From contig CAWJEK010000016.1 of NCBI GenBank assembly GCA_963841885.1, positions 30,586 through 94,585 on the forward strand: a DNA stretch of 64,000 nt, read 5' to 3'. Each line of letters starts with the position of its first letter. Position 1 is the stretch's first letter. The DNA is from an uncultured Acidimicrobiaceae bacterium. Lineage in GTDB: Bacteria; Actinomycetota; Acidimicrobiia; Acidimicrobiales; RAAP-2. This document shows, in pieces, positions 1 to 10,843 of this stretch. Both the position numbers and the translations under genes were made by a program. A model generated the notes under the pieces. That model saw only the letters and a list, made by a program, of their open reading frames with translations, did no database searches and was not told the DNA's origin.

Positions 1-1
1 C

Positions 2-331
2 GTGCGGGAACGACGCCGCGAGATCGGCATCCTGAAGGCCGTCGGTGCCCGAGACCGGGACGTTCTGCGGTCCTTCCTCATCGAAGCGGGGGTGATGGGG
101 GCCCTGGGCGGCATCATCGGGACGATCCTCGGGTTGGCGCTGGCCCGCCTGGTGGCCGGCATCGTGAACGGCTACCTCACGAGCCAGGGGCTGGCCGGCG
201 TCCACGTCTCGACCCCGTACCTGCTGGCCCTGGCCACGGTCGTCGGGGCCACGGTCCTGGCGGTGGTGGCCGGGGTCCTGCCCGCCCGACGGGCGGCGCG
301 CCTCCCCGCCCGCGAGGCGGTGGAACTGTGA
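2..331 (+). CDS. ABC transporter permease, FtsX-like, C-terminal part (5' end outside window)
   Basis: The ORF enters from the window edge. REIGILKAVGA...LIEAGVMG followed by hydrophobic helices and a basic tail is the usual end of FtsX/MacB-type permeases. The stop overlaps the next start (GTGA at 328-331). Confidence 0.7.
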   Translation: MRERRREIGILKAVGARDRDVLRSFLIEAGVMGALGGIIGTILGLALARLVAGIVNGYLTSQGLAGVHVSTPYLLALATVVGATVLAVVAGVLPARRAARLPAREAVEL

Positions 332-1101
332 CCGGCGTGCGACGTGTCCGCCGGACGGTGACGACGGCCGTCATCGCGGTGCTGCTCGCCGGGTGCGGCC
401 CGGCCGTCGCCCGACGGGTGCCGACATCGGACCCGAAGGGCCCCCGGACCACCTACGTCGCCGTCGGCGGGAGCGATGCGATCGGCAACGGCACCGACGA
501 CCCGCTGCTCGACGCCTGGCCCCAGCAGTTCTTCCGACACTCACTGCCCCTGACCTCGGTGTTCATCAACGCCGCCGAGCCCGGGGCGACCGTGGCGGAG
601 GCGATCACCGACCAGGTCCCCCTCGCCATCTCTTCGCATGCCACCGTCGTGACGGTGTGGCTGGTCTCGGCGGACCTCCTGGACGGGACCCCGGCGTCGA
701 CCTACGGGAGCGAACTGCTGCAGCTGCTGACCACCCTGCGCGGGCACGGGACGACGACGGTACTGGTAGGGAACGCACCACCGCCCGACCAGCTGCCCGG
801 CTATCCGGCGTGCCGGATCGGAGCCGTCCGCCTGGGCCGGGGCGAGCCCTGCCCCACCACACTGCCCACCCCGGCGGTCCTGGCGGCGAACTCCGCCGCC
901 TACGACGAGGTCATCGCGGCGGACGCCACCCGCACCGGAGCGGTCCTGGTCGACCTCCAGGGGACCGTCGCCGCGTCGGTCGCCCACGGGGCTCCACCGT
1001 TCCTCGATCCGTCCGGGGCCGACCTGTCGACGGCGGGGAGCACGCTGGTCGCCCAGGCGTTCTCCGGCGCGCTACCCGCCGGCTCCGGTCACACCGCCTG
1101 A
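328..1101 (+). CDS. SGNH/GDSL-family hydrolase, predicted lipoprotein
   Basis: Signal peptide with lipobox (LLAGC). GDSL block VAVGGSDAIGNG near the N-terminus. Intact 257-aa ORF. Confidence 0.7.
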   Translation: MTGVRRVRRTVTTAVIAVLLAGCGPAVARRVPTSDPKGPRTTYVAVGGSDAIGNGTDDPLLDAWPQQFFRHSLPLTSVFINAAEPGATVAEAITDQVPLAISSHATVVTVWLVSADLLDGTPASTYGSELLQLLTTLRGHGTTTVLVGNAPPPDQLPGYPACRIGAVRLGRGEPCPTTLPTPAVLAANSAAYDEVIAADATRTGAVLVDLQGTVAASVAHGAPPFLDPSGADLSTAGSTLVAQAFSGALPAGSGHTA

Positions 1102-1820
1102 AGGACGACCACCGACCGGTCCGCCACCTCGTCGGTGCTCACCAGGTGGAATCCGGCCGCCTCGGCCAGGGCGCCGACGGCGTCGGCTCCGACCACGACC
1201 CAGGGGAACCAGCGGCTCACCGAATGGTGGGTCTCCCAACGTCGGACCTCGCGGCGGACCCCGGACAGGCGACTCTCGACATCGGCGACGATGCGGCCCC
1301 TCGGATGCAGCAACTGGCGCATCCGCTGGAGCAGCCGCACGGGATTGCCTCCGATGCCGATGTTGCCGTCGGCCAGCAGGGCGTGCGTCCAGGTGGTGGC
1401 GTCCGGCATCGGGGCGAAGACGTCGTGGTGGATGGCCTGGCCTCCCCGACGGAGGGTCATCTCGACGGCGGCCGCCGACACGTCCACACCGAGCGAGGGC
1501 ACCCCCCTCTGGGCCAGTGCCGTCGTCAGCCGGCCGGGCCCGCACCCGACGTCGACGGTGGGACCCGTGCAGCGCTCGAGGAGGGCCTCGTCCACCGCCC
1601 GGTCCACCCGGGTCGAGGCATCGCCTCCCAGCCACCTTCCGATGGTGAGCGGCAGCCGGGCGCCGTCGGAGGTGTAGATCCAGCAGTGCTCCCCCGTGGC
1701 GATGCGGTGGTAGAGGACGTCGGTTCCCACCACGTGGCGGAGGGGCGCGGGGACCGGGTCGTGCTCGCATCCGACCGGATCCGACCCGCATCGCGGACTG
1801 TCCGGACACAACGTCACCAC
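1089..1820 (-). CDS. class I SAM-dependent methyltransferase
   Basis: Glycine-rich SAM-binding motif VDVGCGPGRLT. Intact 243-aa ORF. The start overlaps the stop of the upstream membrane-protein gene. Confidence 0.75.
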   Translation of the reverse strand: MVTLCPDSPRCGSDPVGCEHDPVPAPLRHVVGTDVLYHRIATGEHCWIYTSDGARLPLTIGRWLGGDASTRVDRAVDEALLERCTGPTVDVGCGPGRLTTALAQRGVPSLGVDVSAAAVEMTLRRGGQAIHHDVFAPMPDATTWTHALLADGNIGIGGNPVRLLQRMRQLLHPRGRIVADVESRLSGVRREVRRWETHHSVSRWFPWVVVGADAVGALAEAAGFHLVSTDEVADRSVVVLQAV

Positions 1821-2410
1821 GGCAGTTCTCCTTCGTCAGCGGCCAGATTCCCGGGGGCGGGCTCCAGCTCCGGTGAGTCGGCCGGGGAGTCCGTCGCGGC
1901 CGGGCCCTTCCGGCGGCGCTCGCGCCACGTGGCGGCGGCGTAGGCGATCGCGCTCACCGCGAAGAACACGCCGGTGAGGAGGAGCCATCTCCCGAGGAAC
2001 GGTTGCTGGGTGAGCCCGGTCGCCCGCTGGTACGAGGCGGAGCCCTGTCGGATGATCCCCGGGAAGAACATCAGGAGCAGGAGGCCGCTGGCCATCGCCG
2101 GGATGCGCAGGTAGTTGCGGGGCGACACCGACCGGGTCGCCTGCGGTGCCCGCCCGGTGACGGCCCGCCAACCGGCCCCGAGCGACCGGTCAGCCAGGGC
2201 GTAGAACGGGAACAGCACGAGGTCGTGGAGGACGATCGCGCCGAGGAACCAGACGATGATCGACTGCCACCAGACGCGGTCGTTCCACAGCGAATGGACC
2301 CCCAACAGGCTGATGGCGTAACCGACCAGGGCGAAACTGGCCAACAGCGAGAGCAGGTGGAGTGGATGGGCGCCGTAGAGGTGCTTGGCCCGGGAGACGG
2401 TGGTGCTCAT
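1814..2410 (-). CDS. integral membrane protein, unknown function
   Basis: Intact 198-aa ORF with several hydrophobic helices. It is packed tightly between the Mo-oxidoreductase gene (1-nt gap) and the methyltransferase gene (7-nt overlap). Confidence 0.5.
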   Translation of the reverse strand: MSTTVSRAKHLYGAHPLHLLSLLASFALVGYAISLLGVHSLWNDRVWWQSIIVWFLGAIVLHDLVLFPFYALADRSLGAGWRAVTGRAPQATRSVSPRNYLRIPAMASGLLLLMFFPGIIRQGSASYQRATGLTQQPFLGRWLLLTGVFFAVSAIAYAAATWRERRRKGPAATDSPADSPELEPAPGNLAADEGELPW

Positions 2411-2411
2411 C

Positions 2412-4031
2412 TCAGCGTACGAACTCGATCGAACGCACCCACTTCGTGCAGTGGACCCCGGGAAGGGCCGGCACGATCACCCGGGCCGGGTAGCCGTGGT
2501 CGGGCGAGAGGTCGACCCCGTTGACGCAGAGCGCGAGCAGGGCGTCGGGATCGAGGACCTGGTTCTGCTGGAGCCACGCCTCGCTGAACCCGCCACCCCC
2601 TTCGAGCGACTGCACGTGCGCCTTCGCCGGGTGCGGCACGCCGGCCAGGTCGGCCAGGTCGGCCAGGCGGACGCCGGTCCACCGCTGGGTGGTCGACCAC
2701 CCTTCGACACAGGCGATCGGCAGGTCCGCCGTGTGCTGGGGCATCCTCATGAGGGTGACCCGGTCCAACATGACCTGGCCGGCGCCGCCGGACAGCGTCA
2801 GGCGCCACGACGGGCCGGTCGTCGACGGGTCGATCGACGCCGCCGTGGCCGTCTTGTTGACCTGGAAGTCATTCGGGCCGTCGCCATACGAGCGACCCCG
2901 GGGGATCAGCAGGGCGGCCTCTCGGGCCACTCCCCCGATGCTCTGCCCCACGGTGAGGACCGCGACGAGCAGGGACCCCCCGCCGACCAGGGCGAGGGCG
3001 CCCCGGCGGCTCAACGTGGGCGGCGCGGGGTCCGTCGGCACGAGGCCGTCGACGTCGGGCGGCTCCGGCTCCGTCTGCGACAGTGGCGTCCGCAGCTCGC
3101 GTCGGAGCGAGCGGGAACGCAGGCTCCGCACCATGGTGGGGAACTTGAGCGCCACGTGGACGACGAAGCCGGTCATGAAGACCCACGCCCCGAAGTAGTG
3201 GGCGGTGTAGAAGTTGAACCCGAACAGGTAGTCGTACTGGATGTTCAGGATCCCGGTAGCCATCTCGAAGACGATGCCCCCGACGATCATGACGAGGGAC
3301 AACCGCTCGAGCAGCTCCGCCACCGAACGCAGCGGCGGCCAGGTGAACAGCTTCGGCATGACCGACCAGAGCTTCGCCAGCACCACCGGCACCAGGATCA
3401 GCCCGAGCGACACGTGGAGGCCCTCGGTCAGCTGGAAGAGCCACGCCGGCCGGGTCGGCCAGTCGAAGAACGGAAGATGCAGGAAGCCGACGTTGCCCGG
3501 TATCGACTGGTGCAGCCGGGGGCCGTAGGCGATGTAGTCGAGCAGACCGGTCAGCGCCACCAGCGGCAGGGAGATGAGCAGGAGGAAGCCGAAGACGGAC
3601 GTCAGCCAGGGACCCCGTAGCGGGCTCCGGAACGCCCGGGTCGTCGGGACACCCGGCGGGCGGTCCGCGGCCACCGACCGCCACAGGCGCTCGGGGAACC
3701 CGAAGTGGTCGTCGTCCACCGGTGAAGCGTTGTCGGGCGTCAAGTCCTCGGGCGGGGCCACCTCGGCCGGCACGTCGTCACCTGTCCCCGGACTGCTCAC
3801 GGGCTGCGGTGGCCCTTTCCCGTCGGTCCCTCCGGTCGGTGAGGCTCCGGACCCGTCCACCGTCACCTGGCCACCGTGGCGACGTGGCCGGCACGCGTCG
3901 ATCCCCCGGGGTCCATGGACAACAGTCCCCGTTCGCCGCGAAGCGTTACACGGTGTCGCAACTCGGGCACCCCGGTCCTTTCCGTCGTCTCCATCCAAGG
4001 TGGTTCGTAGTCGACCCACCCGGCGGATCAT
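2412..4031 (-). CDS. molybdopterin-dependent oxidoreductase (sulfite-oxidase/YedY fold) fused to an N-terminal polytopic membrane domain
   Basis: The C-terminal half carries Moco-domain strings (IACVEGWSTTQRWTGVRL, DHGYPARVIVP, CTKWV). The middle has about 5 TM helices. The first ~130 aa are low complexity, so the true start is probably downstream of 4031. Confidence 0.7.
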   Translation of the reverse strand: MIRRVGRLRTTLDGDDGKDRGARVATPCNASRRTGTVVHGPRGIDACRPRRHGGQVTVDGSGASPTGGTDGKGPPQPVSSPGTGDDVPAEVAPPEDLTPDNASPVDDDHFGFPERLWRSVAADRPPGVPTTRAFRSPLRGPWLTSVFGFLLLISLPLVALTGLLDYIAYGPRLHQSIPGNVGFLHLPFFDWPTRPAWLFQLTEGLHVSLGLILVPVVLAKLWSVMPKLFTWPPLRSVAELLERLSLVMIVGGIVFEMATGILNIQYDYLFGFNFYTAHYFGAWVFMTGFVVHVALKFPTMVRSLRSRSLRRELRTPLSQTEPEPPDVDGLVPTDPAPPTLSRRGALALVGGGSLLVAVLTVGQSIGGVAREAALLIPRGRSYGDGPNDFQVNKTATAASIDPSTTGPSWRLTLSGGAGQVMLDRVTLMRMPQHTADLPIACVEGWSTTQRWTGVRLADLADLAGVPHPAKAHVQSLEGGGGFSEAWLQQNQVLDPDALLALCVNGVDLSPDHGYPARVIVPALPGVHCTKWVRSIEFVR

Positions 4032-4143
4032 CCGACCGGGACTCGACGCCGGCCGTTCGGCGTAGGTCTGCGGGTACTGTGCCCAGGTGCAGCCCCATCC
4101 GAACGCTCCCCCGGCACACGAGGGATCCGAACGGACGGACGGG

Positions 4144-5496
4144 ATGTCCTGGCTCCGACGCTACCGGGCGGACCTCGTCTGGACCGGACTCATCTGCGGC
4201 GTGGTGCTGGTCGCCTTCGTGGTCCCACATCTGCACCTGTCGTGGCTCACTCCCCTGGTGCCCCAGAATCCGACCCAGGAGCATCCTCTGGCCGGAACGG
4301 CGCCGATCCTCGGGATCTGGCTCCCGCACGGCAACTGGTCGACGGCCGCCTCGGTCGTCCTCGCCATCGCCGTGGTGGCCTGGGGCCCGAGGATCGCCCG
4401 CCGCCTCCCCTGGCGGCCCCTCGTCCTCGTGGCGTGGGCGGTGTCGTTCGTCTGGACCGTGGCGCTGACACTGATCGACGGCATCCGGAGGGGGTGGGTC
4501 GGCCGTATGAACGGCACCGGGGGCTATCTGGCCCAGCTCCCCCACGGTGGGAGTGTCCATTCGCTCATCCAGGGGTTCGCCGCGCACATTCCCGTCAGCT
4601 CGCCCAATCCGTGGGACATCTCGATCGCCGGTGACCCGCCGGGGGCGCTGCTCACCTTCTTCGGGCTCGACCGGTTGGGTCTCGGAGGCCCCTGGTGGGC
4701 GAGCGCGCTCTGTGTCGCGGTGGGTTCCAGCTCGGCGGCCGCGGTGCTCGTGGCCGTCCGGGCGCTCGGAGACGAGGCGCTGGCGCGACAGGCGGCCCCC
4801 TTCGTGGCGATCGCCCCGCTGGCCGTCTGGGTCGGTGTCTCGGCCGACGGCTACTTCGCCGGGGTCGCCGCCTGGGGGCTGGCCCTGCTGGCCGTGGCGG
4901 CCGCCCGCACCACGACTCGTCCGGTGCCCGTCGCCGTGGCCGCCGGCCTCCTGCTCGGGTGGAGCGTGTACCTCGACTACGGGCTGATCCTGCTCGCCGT
5001 CCCCGCCGTCGCCATCCTCGTCGTCTGCCGAACCTTCCGACCGCTGGCCGGGGCTCTCGTCGGTGGCCTCGTCGTGGCGGTGGCGTTCACCGCTCTCGGG
5101 TTCTGGTGGCTGCACGGCCTGTCGCTCCTGCGGCAGCGCTACTGGGCCGGCATCGCCGCGGCCCGCCCCTACACCTACTGGGTCTGGGCCAATCTCGTCT
5201 CGTTGACATGCGCCATAGGCGTCCCGGCGGCCGTCGGACTGCGCCGGGCCTTCGACCGGGACACGCTCCGGCGCCGGTCGGGCCTGCACGTGCTGCTCGT
5301 CGCTTTCATGGTGGTGGTGGTGCTGGCCGACCTGAGTGGACTCAGCAAGGCCGAGACCGAGCGCATCTGGCTGCCGTTCGCCGTATGGCTGGTGGCGGCC
5401 GCCGCCCTGCTCCCACCCCGGTGCCACCGGCTGTCACTCGTCGTGCAGGCGACGGGGGCGATCGTCATCAACAGCCTCCTCCTCACCAACTGGTAG
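4144..5496 (+). CDS. polytopic membrane protein, possible GT-C-type glycosyltransferase
   Basis: At least 10 hydrophobic helices over ~450 aa. I prefer ATG 4144 over GTG 4087 without strong support. It is adjacent to the GT2 and DUF2064 genes. Confidence 0.5.
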   Translation: MSWLRRYRADLVWTGLICGVVLVAFVVPHLHLSWLTPLVPQNPTQEHPLAGTAPILGIWLPHGNWSTAASVVLAIAVVAWGPRIARRLPWRPLVLVAWAVSFVWTVALTLIDGIRRGWVGRMNGTGGYLAQLPHGGSVHSLIQGFAAHIPVSSPNPWDISIAGDPPGALLTFFGLDRLGLGGPWWASALCVAVGSSSAAAVLVAVRALGDEALARQAAPFVAIAPLAVWVGVSADGYFAGVAAWGLALLAVAAARTTTRPVPVAVAAGLLLGWSVYLDYGLILLAVPAVAILVVCRTFRPLAGALVGGLVVAVAFTALGFWWLHGLSLLRQRYWAGIAAARPYTYWVWANLVSLTCAIGVPAAVGLRRAFDRDTLRRRSGLHVLLVAFMVVVVLADLSGLSKAETERIWLPFAVWLVAAAALLPPRCHRLSLVVQATGAIVINSLLLTNW

Positions 5497-5509
5497 CGGC
5501 CCGCCACCC

Positions 5510-6192
5510 TCAGCGTGCCGGTCCGAGCTCCTCGACCATCGACCGGAACCGGCTCCCGGCGGGCTGGAGGTCGGCGACCGGCCACAGATCGGTGACGGTG
5601 TCGACATCGGTCAACTCCGTCAACTCCACGACCGTCCCGCGCCACCCGGCGCAGACCGTCCAGGGTCCGGGCGCCGGTATCGGGCTGCGACATCGGGATC
5701 CCGTGGAGGAACGACGAGCGGGCCGGATCCGACAGACCGAGGGCCCACCAGCCCCCGTCCGTCGCCGGACCGAACACGCCGTCCACATCGTCGGCGGCCA
5801 GGCAGGCCGTCGCCCGTCCGAGCAGGTCGGCGGTCACCTGCGGTGTGTCCATCCCGATCTGGAGCACCGGGACGGCCGCCACCTCCGCGGTGTCGGCGTG
5901 GGCGGCCGCCAGTCGCTCGTCGAGTCCGGCGCCACGTTGGGGCAGCACGACGAAGTCACGCAGCATCACGTCCAACTCCTCGGCGCGGGCGGCGAGGGCG
6001 AGGTCGCCGGTCAGTGGCGACGACCCGGGCCACCACGTCGAGGCTCCGCACGGCGTCGAGAGTGTCGAGCAGCGCCGCCGCGGCGATCGAGGCCGCCACC
6101 ACCGGGCCCACGTCGAGCGCCAGGCGGGTTTTCGCCAGACCCGGAATCGGGGCCTTGGCCACGACCAGGACGGCACACGGCACCGTGGTCAC
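5510..6192 (-). pseudogene. DUF2064 / TIGR04282-like glycosyltransferase-family protein, reading frame broken twice in this sequence
   Basis: The N-terminus (VLVVAKAPIPGLAKTRLA...AALLDTL), the middle (GDLA...QRGAGLDERL...QIGMDTPQV...VFGPATDGGWWALGL...GIPMSQPDT) and the C-terminus (VVELTELTDVDTVTDLWPVA) lie in three different minus-strand frames. The junctions are at ~6025 and ~5650. The GTG start overlaps the GT2 stop (GTGA). Confidence 0.6.
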
Positions 6193-6885
6193 CGGATCAC
6201 CTTGAGGAAGTCCCATGTGGCCTGGGCGCTGCCCACCATCGACCCGGACACCTTCGACCGGCCGGCCGTGCGCGGGCGGTAGGCGACCGGGACCTCCTCG
6301 ACCCGCAGTCCCGCCCGTCCGGCCCGCACGAGGAGTTCGAGCGGATAGCCGGACCGACGGTCCTCGACCCCCAGGTCGAGCAGTGCCCGGGTCCGAGCCG
6401 CCCGCACGGCTCCGATGTCGTGGACGCGCAGCCCGAAGCGGCGACGGAGCCGGGCGGCGATGACGGCGTTCCCCAGCCGGGCGTGCAGCGGCCAGCCCGC
6501 GCCCCGTTCGGGCAACCGGCGACCCACGGCGAGATCGGCGCCCGACCGGAGCAGGGCCACCAGGCCGGGCAGCTCACCCGGGTCGAGCGACCCGTCGCCG
6601 TCGAGGACGCAGACGAACTCCGTCACCACCGACTCGACACCCCGTTGCACCGCGGCCCCGTAGCCGGGCGTGGACTCCTCGATCACGGCGGCACCGCAGG
6701 CCGCGGCCACCGCCGCCGGTGTCGTCGTCGGAGCCGTTGTCCACCACCAGCGCCCGGTACCCGGCCGGCAGGGCCGCCAGCACCCCGGGGAGCGATCCGG
6801 CCTCGTTCCGGCACGGGATGACGACCGTCACGTCGGTCGGATGGACGTCGTCCGCGGCGCCGGACGTGCCGGTCGGATCAGACAC
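6189..6885 (-). pseudogene. family 2 glycosyltransferase (dolichyl-phosphate-sugar synthase-like), one frame break
   Basis: The N-terminal block VTVVIPCRNEAGSLPGVL...LVVDNGSDDDT is in one frame. The continuation AAVAAACGAAVIEE...VLDGDGS...RVEEVPVAYRPR is in another. The junction is at ~6718 in a GC-repeat tract. Confidence 0.65.
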
Positions 6886-7937
6886 GGGGCCGCGCCGTCG
6901 GTACGGCGTCGCGCAGCGGGGCCCCGGCGAACTCGGCCAGGCCTTCCTCGAGGGAGACCTCCGCCCGGAAGCCGAGCAGGTCGGCGGCACGCGCAGGGAT
7001 CGGCCACCACGTGGCGTACGTCACCCGGGCGGAACTGTCCGGTGACGGCGGGCGTCGCGCCACCGTGCACCTCCGCCAGCCGGTCGGCGACCTGGCCGAT
7101 CGTGCTGGGGCGGCCGGAGCAGACGTTGAGCGGCTGGAATCCCTCCAACTCGTGGCCGACGGCGGCCACGTTGACGGCCGCCACGTCGCGCACATGAACG
7201 AAATCCCTGGTCTGCCGGCCGTCCTCGAAGACCTGGGGAGGCCGGCCGGCCTCCAGGGAGGAACGGAACATGGCGGCCACGCCCGAGTACGGGGTGTCGC
7301 GGGGCATGCCGTCGCCGTAGACGTTGTGGTAGCGGAGTGCGGTGACCGACCCCCCGGTGGACAACGACCACGCCAGCGCGTAGTTCTCCTGGGCCAACTT
7401 GCTGGCCGCGTAGGTGCTCCGGGGGCGGAGGGGGGCGTCCTCGCCCACCAGGGCCCAGTCGAGCGTGCCGCCGTCCAACGGACAGCGGCAGTCGAACACA
7501 CCCGCCTCGAGGTCCGAGGTGAGCCGGACGGCCGGCGTGACCGTCCCGTGATCGGGGCAGACATAGCGGCCGTCGCCGTAGACGACCATCGACGATGCCA
7601 GCACCAGGCGTCGACAACCGCCGGCGGCCATCGCCGCCAACAGGACGGCGGTGCCGAAATCGTTGTGACTGGCGAACGCCGGCGCGTCGGCCGCGTCGAT
7701 GCCGGCACCGACCACCGCCGCCTGATGGCACACGACATCGGCATCGCGCACCAGCGGCGCCAGTGCGGCGCCGTCCCGGACATCGACCCGGTGGGTGCCG
7801 TCGGGGGTGGGAGCGTCGTCGCCGTGGGCGGAGGGTAGGAGCAGATCGACGGCCACTACGTCATGTCCCGCCGCCGTCAGACCCCGGTGGACATGGGCGC
7901 CGATGAAGCCGGACGCACCGGTGAGGAGCACCCTCAC
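6878..7937 (-). pseudogene. NAD-dependent epimerase/dehydratase, frame break near the 3' end
   Basis: Rossmann motif MRVLLTGASGFIGAH. After ...GDVRHVVADP the conserved tail ARAADLLGFRAEVSLEEGLAEF continues in another frame and stops at 6878. The junction is at the GGG run at 6996-6998. Confidence 0.7.
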
Positions 7938-8061
7938 CGCGTTGTGCTCCGACGGGGCGTGGGCGCGGACATACCGGCGATCGTACGCAGACGGCGGCCG
8001 CCACCGTACGGCCCCGACCCCGGTCGGTCCGGCCGTCGGGTGGATCTGCGAGCATGGACCG

Positions 8062-8920
8062 ATGGAGAGGACCCCGGACGCCGACGGTACCGACTGGTCG
8101 GACGTGGAGGCCCACGACCTGGCCGATCGTGCCGCCGGCGGCGCTGGCCGCCGTCACCGGGGTGCCCCGGCACGATGTCGCGGTGGTGCTGGGCACGGGA
8201 CTGGCCGACGCGGCCGACCTCCTCGGCCCACCCTTGTCGCGGCACCCCCTCGACGTGCTTCCCGGACTCCCGACGTCCTTCGTCAGCCACCAGACCTCCG
8301 AGTTCCGCTCCGTCGACCTCGACGGGCGTCGGGTCCTCGTGTTCTTGGGCCGTCTGCACCTGTACGAGGGGTACCCGCCCGCCCGGGTCGCCCATGCCGT
8401 CCGGACGGCCGTCCGGGCAGGGTGCTCGACCGTCGTCCTGACCAACGCGTCGGGTTCGTTGCGTCCGGACCTGCGCACCGGCAGCATCGCGCTCATCGCC
8501 GACCACCTGAACCTGACCGGTCGCTCCCCCCTGGCCGCCCATCCGACCGCGCCGGGGTTGCCGAGCCCTTTCGTCGACCTCATCGACGCCTGGTCACCCC
8601 GCCTCCGTGGCCTGGTGCAGGCCATCGACCCGACCCTGCCCGGCTGCGTCTACGCCCAGCTCAGCGGGCCCCACTTCGAGACGCCGGCGGAGATCCGGAT
8701 GCTCCGGACTCTCGGGGCCGACCTCGTGGGGATGTCCAGTGTCATGGAGGCCATCGCGGCGATACAGGCGGGCGCCGAGGTCCTCGGGCTGTCGTTGGTC
8801 ACCAACCTGGCCGCGGGCATGGAGGTCGAGGGGATCTCCCCCGGCGACATCATCGGTGTGGGCGAACGCCGGGCCGCGGACGTCGGACGGTTGGTACGGG
8901 ACGTCATCCTGGCGCTCTGA
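8062..8920 (+). pseudogene. punA: purine nucleoside phosphorylase, frame break near the 5' end
   Basis: The body is intact (HDVAVVLGTG...LTNASGSL...SGPHFETPAEIRMLRTLGADLVGMS). The expected N-terminus MERTPDADG...EAHDLADRAA lies in the neighbouring frame. The junction is at ~8135 in GCCGCCGGCGGCG. Confidence 0.7.
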
Positions 8921-8941
8921 GCGGCCGGCACAGCCGGTTCG

Positions 8942-9466
8942 ATGGCGGTCCCCACCCCTTACCCTCGGATCATGTCCCACGCCTATGTGGCCACGCTCCT
9001 CGTGGTGGTGGTACTCGCCTTCGCCGTCCGGCTGGTGATGCCCGGGCTGCCCGTGCGCCGGTACGTCGTCCGGCTGTCGGGCCCGGACGCCCTGGTACTG
9101 ATCCTCGGTGCCGCGTCGCTCGTCCTCCACTGCGGGGCGATGTTCTTCCGGGAGTCCGTCGCGGCCTGGCCGCTCGGACCGTCCGTCATCCGCGTGGTCG
9201 ACCCGATGGGAACGGCGAGCATCGTGTGGTATTCCGTCGGCGCCGCCATGATCGTCTTCGCCCTGCGCCGCCAGGCCACCCTCCTCGTGGTCGTCGTCGC
9301 CGCCTCGCTCGCCGTGGTCGGCTACACGATGTACGACGGCGGACCGTTGCGCACCCACCTCGACGCCATCGCCACCGCCGTGATCCTGCTGGCCGCCTCG
9401 GTGGCCCTGTTCGCCGACCCACCATGGCGTCGCCCGCCGGTGGCGACCGCCACATCGGCTGGATGA
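8942..9466 (+). CDS. membrane protein, unknown function
   Basis: Intact ORF with about 5 hydrophobic helices. The stop overlaps the start of the next gene (ATGA at 9463-9466). No recognisable family. Confidence 0.45.
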   Translation: MAVPTPYPRIMSHAYVATLLVVVVLAFAVRLVMPGLPVRRYVVRLSGPDALVLILGAASLVLHCGAMFFRESVAAWPLGPSVIRVVDPMGTASIVWYSVGAAMIVFALRRQATLLVVVVAASLAVVGYTMYDGGPLRTHLDAIATAVILLAASVALFADPPWRRPPVATATSAG

Positions 9467-10496
9467 GGCTCCGCCGAAGTGCGACGGCCGCGGTCCTCGT
9501 CAGCGGCTTCCTCCTCACCACGTCGTGCACCGCCGGACGGACGGACACGGCTCCGCCCCCGACCACCCAACCGCCGGCCGCCGAGCCCGCCGACTCCCCG
9601 GTTCCGGCCGCCCGTCCAGCGGGGACCGTCGTCGTCGCCGGACATCTGGCCCAGGGGGTGGCGGTCGACCCGTCCACCGGGATCGTCATCGTGGGCCAGG
9701 TCGGGGGTGCAGACCTCTTCGACGAGTCGGGCCACCACCTCGCCACCGTCGCGCTGCCGTCCGCCCCCCGCCACATCGCCCTCGCGGCGCCCGGCGGGCC
9801 GTTCCTCGTTCCCGCCGAGGCATCGGCCGAGGTGGGGTTCGTCGACGAACCGAGCGGGACGGTCGGCGACGCTGGTGCCGACCGGGCGCATGCCCCACGA
9901 CCTCGTCGACGTCGGCGGCACGGTGTTCGTCGGCAACGAGCACGACAGCACCATGACCGTCATCAGGCAGGGTGCGGTCGTCGCCACGGTACCGGTGGCC
10001 CGCCAGCCCGGCGGACTGGCGGCGATCGGTTCCGACGTCGCCGTGGTCTCGGTCCGGGCCCGCCGGCTGCAGCTGTTCGACGCCGCATCGCTGCGCCTCG
10101 TCGCGTCGGTGCCGATCCACGGCGGTCCTTCCCACGTCGCCACGTTCGGCGACGAGCTCTACGTGGTCGACACCGGGGGAACGCACGTGCGGGTGTTCGA
10201 CACCTTCCCCCGGCTCCACCCGGTCGGAAGCGTCACCGTCCCACGGAGCCCACTCGGCGTCGCCGTCGATGCGACGAGGGGCCACCTGTGGGTCACGTGC
10301 ACGGCGACGAACCAGCTGGTCGAGCTGTCGCTCCGGGGTGGACTCCTCCCCCACGTCGTCGGGTCGATGGCCCACCGTTCGACAGCCGGACACGGTGGCG
10401 GTCGACCCGAGAACGGGCACGGTCTTCGTCGTCGGGGTAGCGCCCGGAACCCTCGAGATCATCCACCCCGCCGGAGGCTTACATCCTTCGACGTAG
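9463..10496 (+). pseudogene. YVTN/YncE-like beta-propeller lipoprotein, reading frame broken twice
   Basis: Lipoprotein signal (MRLRRSATAAVLVSGFLLTTSC). Repeated ...P.GVAVDP.TG.V.V... propeller motifs continue through three plus-strand frames. The junctions are at ~9870 and ~10365. Confidence 0.55.
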
Positions 10497-10843
10497 GAGC
10501 GCATAGAACTGCTCCGGTCCGGCTGACAGGCCGGCACATCAGGTCGGCCGAGCGGTGCCATACAGCCAGTTCCCCGTCGACACCCCACGCTCGCAGCACA
10601 CCGCGCCGCAGAATGCGCCCGGCCGGCCGTGGACGCACCGATCGGCTGGCCGGCTCCGATGCTGTCCGCATCACCAGACGCCGGGCCGTGTGTTCCCCTG
10701 TCGACCGGGTCGGAGCGCGTGCCGGCGAACGCCACGGGAGCATCGGGCCGAGGCCGTCCCGAACCGGCCCATCGCCCGGGTACATCCAAATGCGAGTCGG
10801 CACCGAAGACTATGTGCCCCCTACAGATATCGGAGTATTCATC

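Noticed and set aside
10497-10843. Riboswitch (for example the cyclic-di-AMP ydaO type) in the long leader of the secreted-protein gene and upstream of kdp
   Set aside because: I could not align the conserved cores of any riboswitch class I remember to either region. Claiming one without a covariance-model search would be unsupported.
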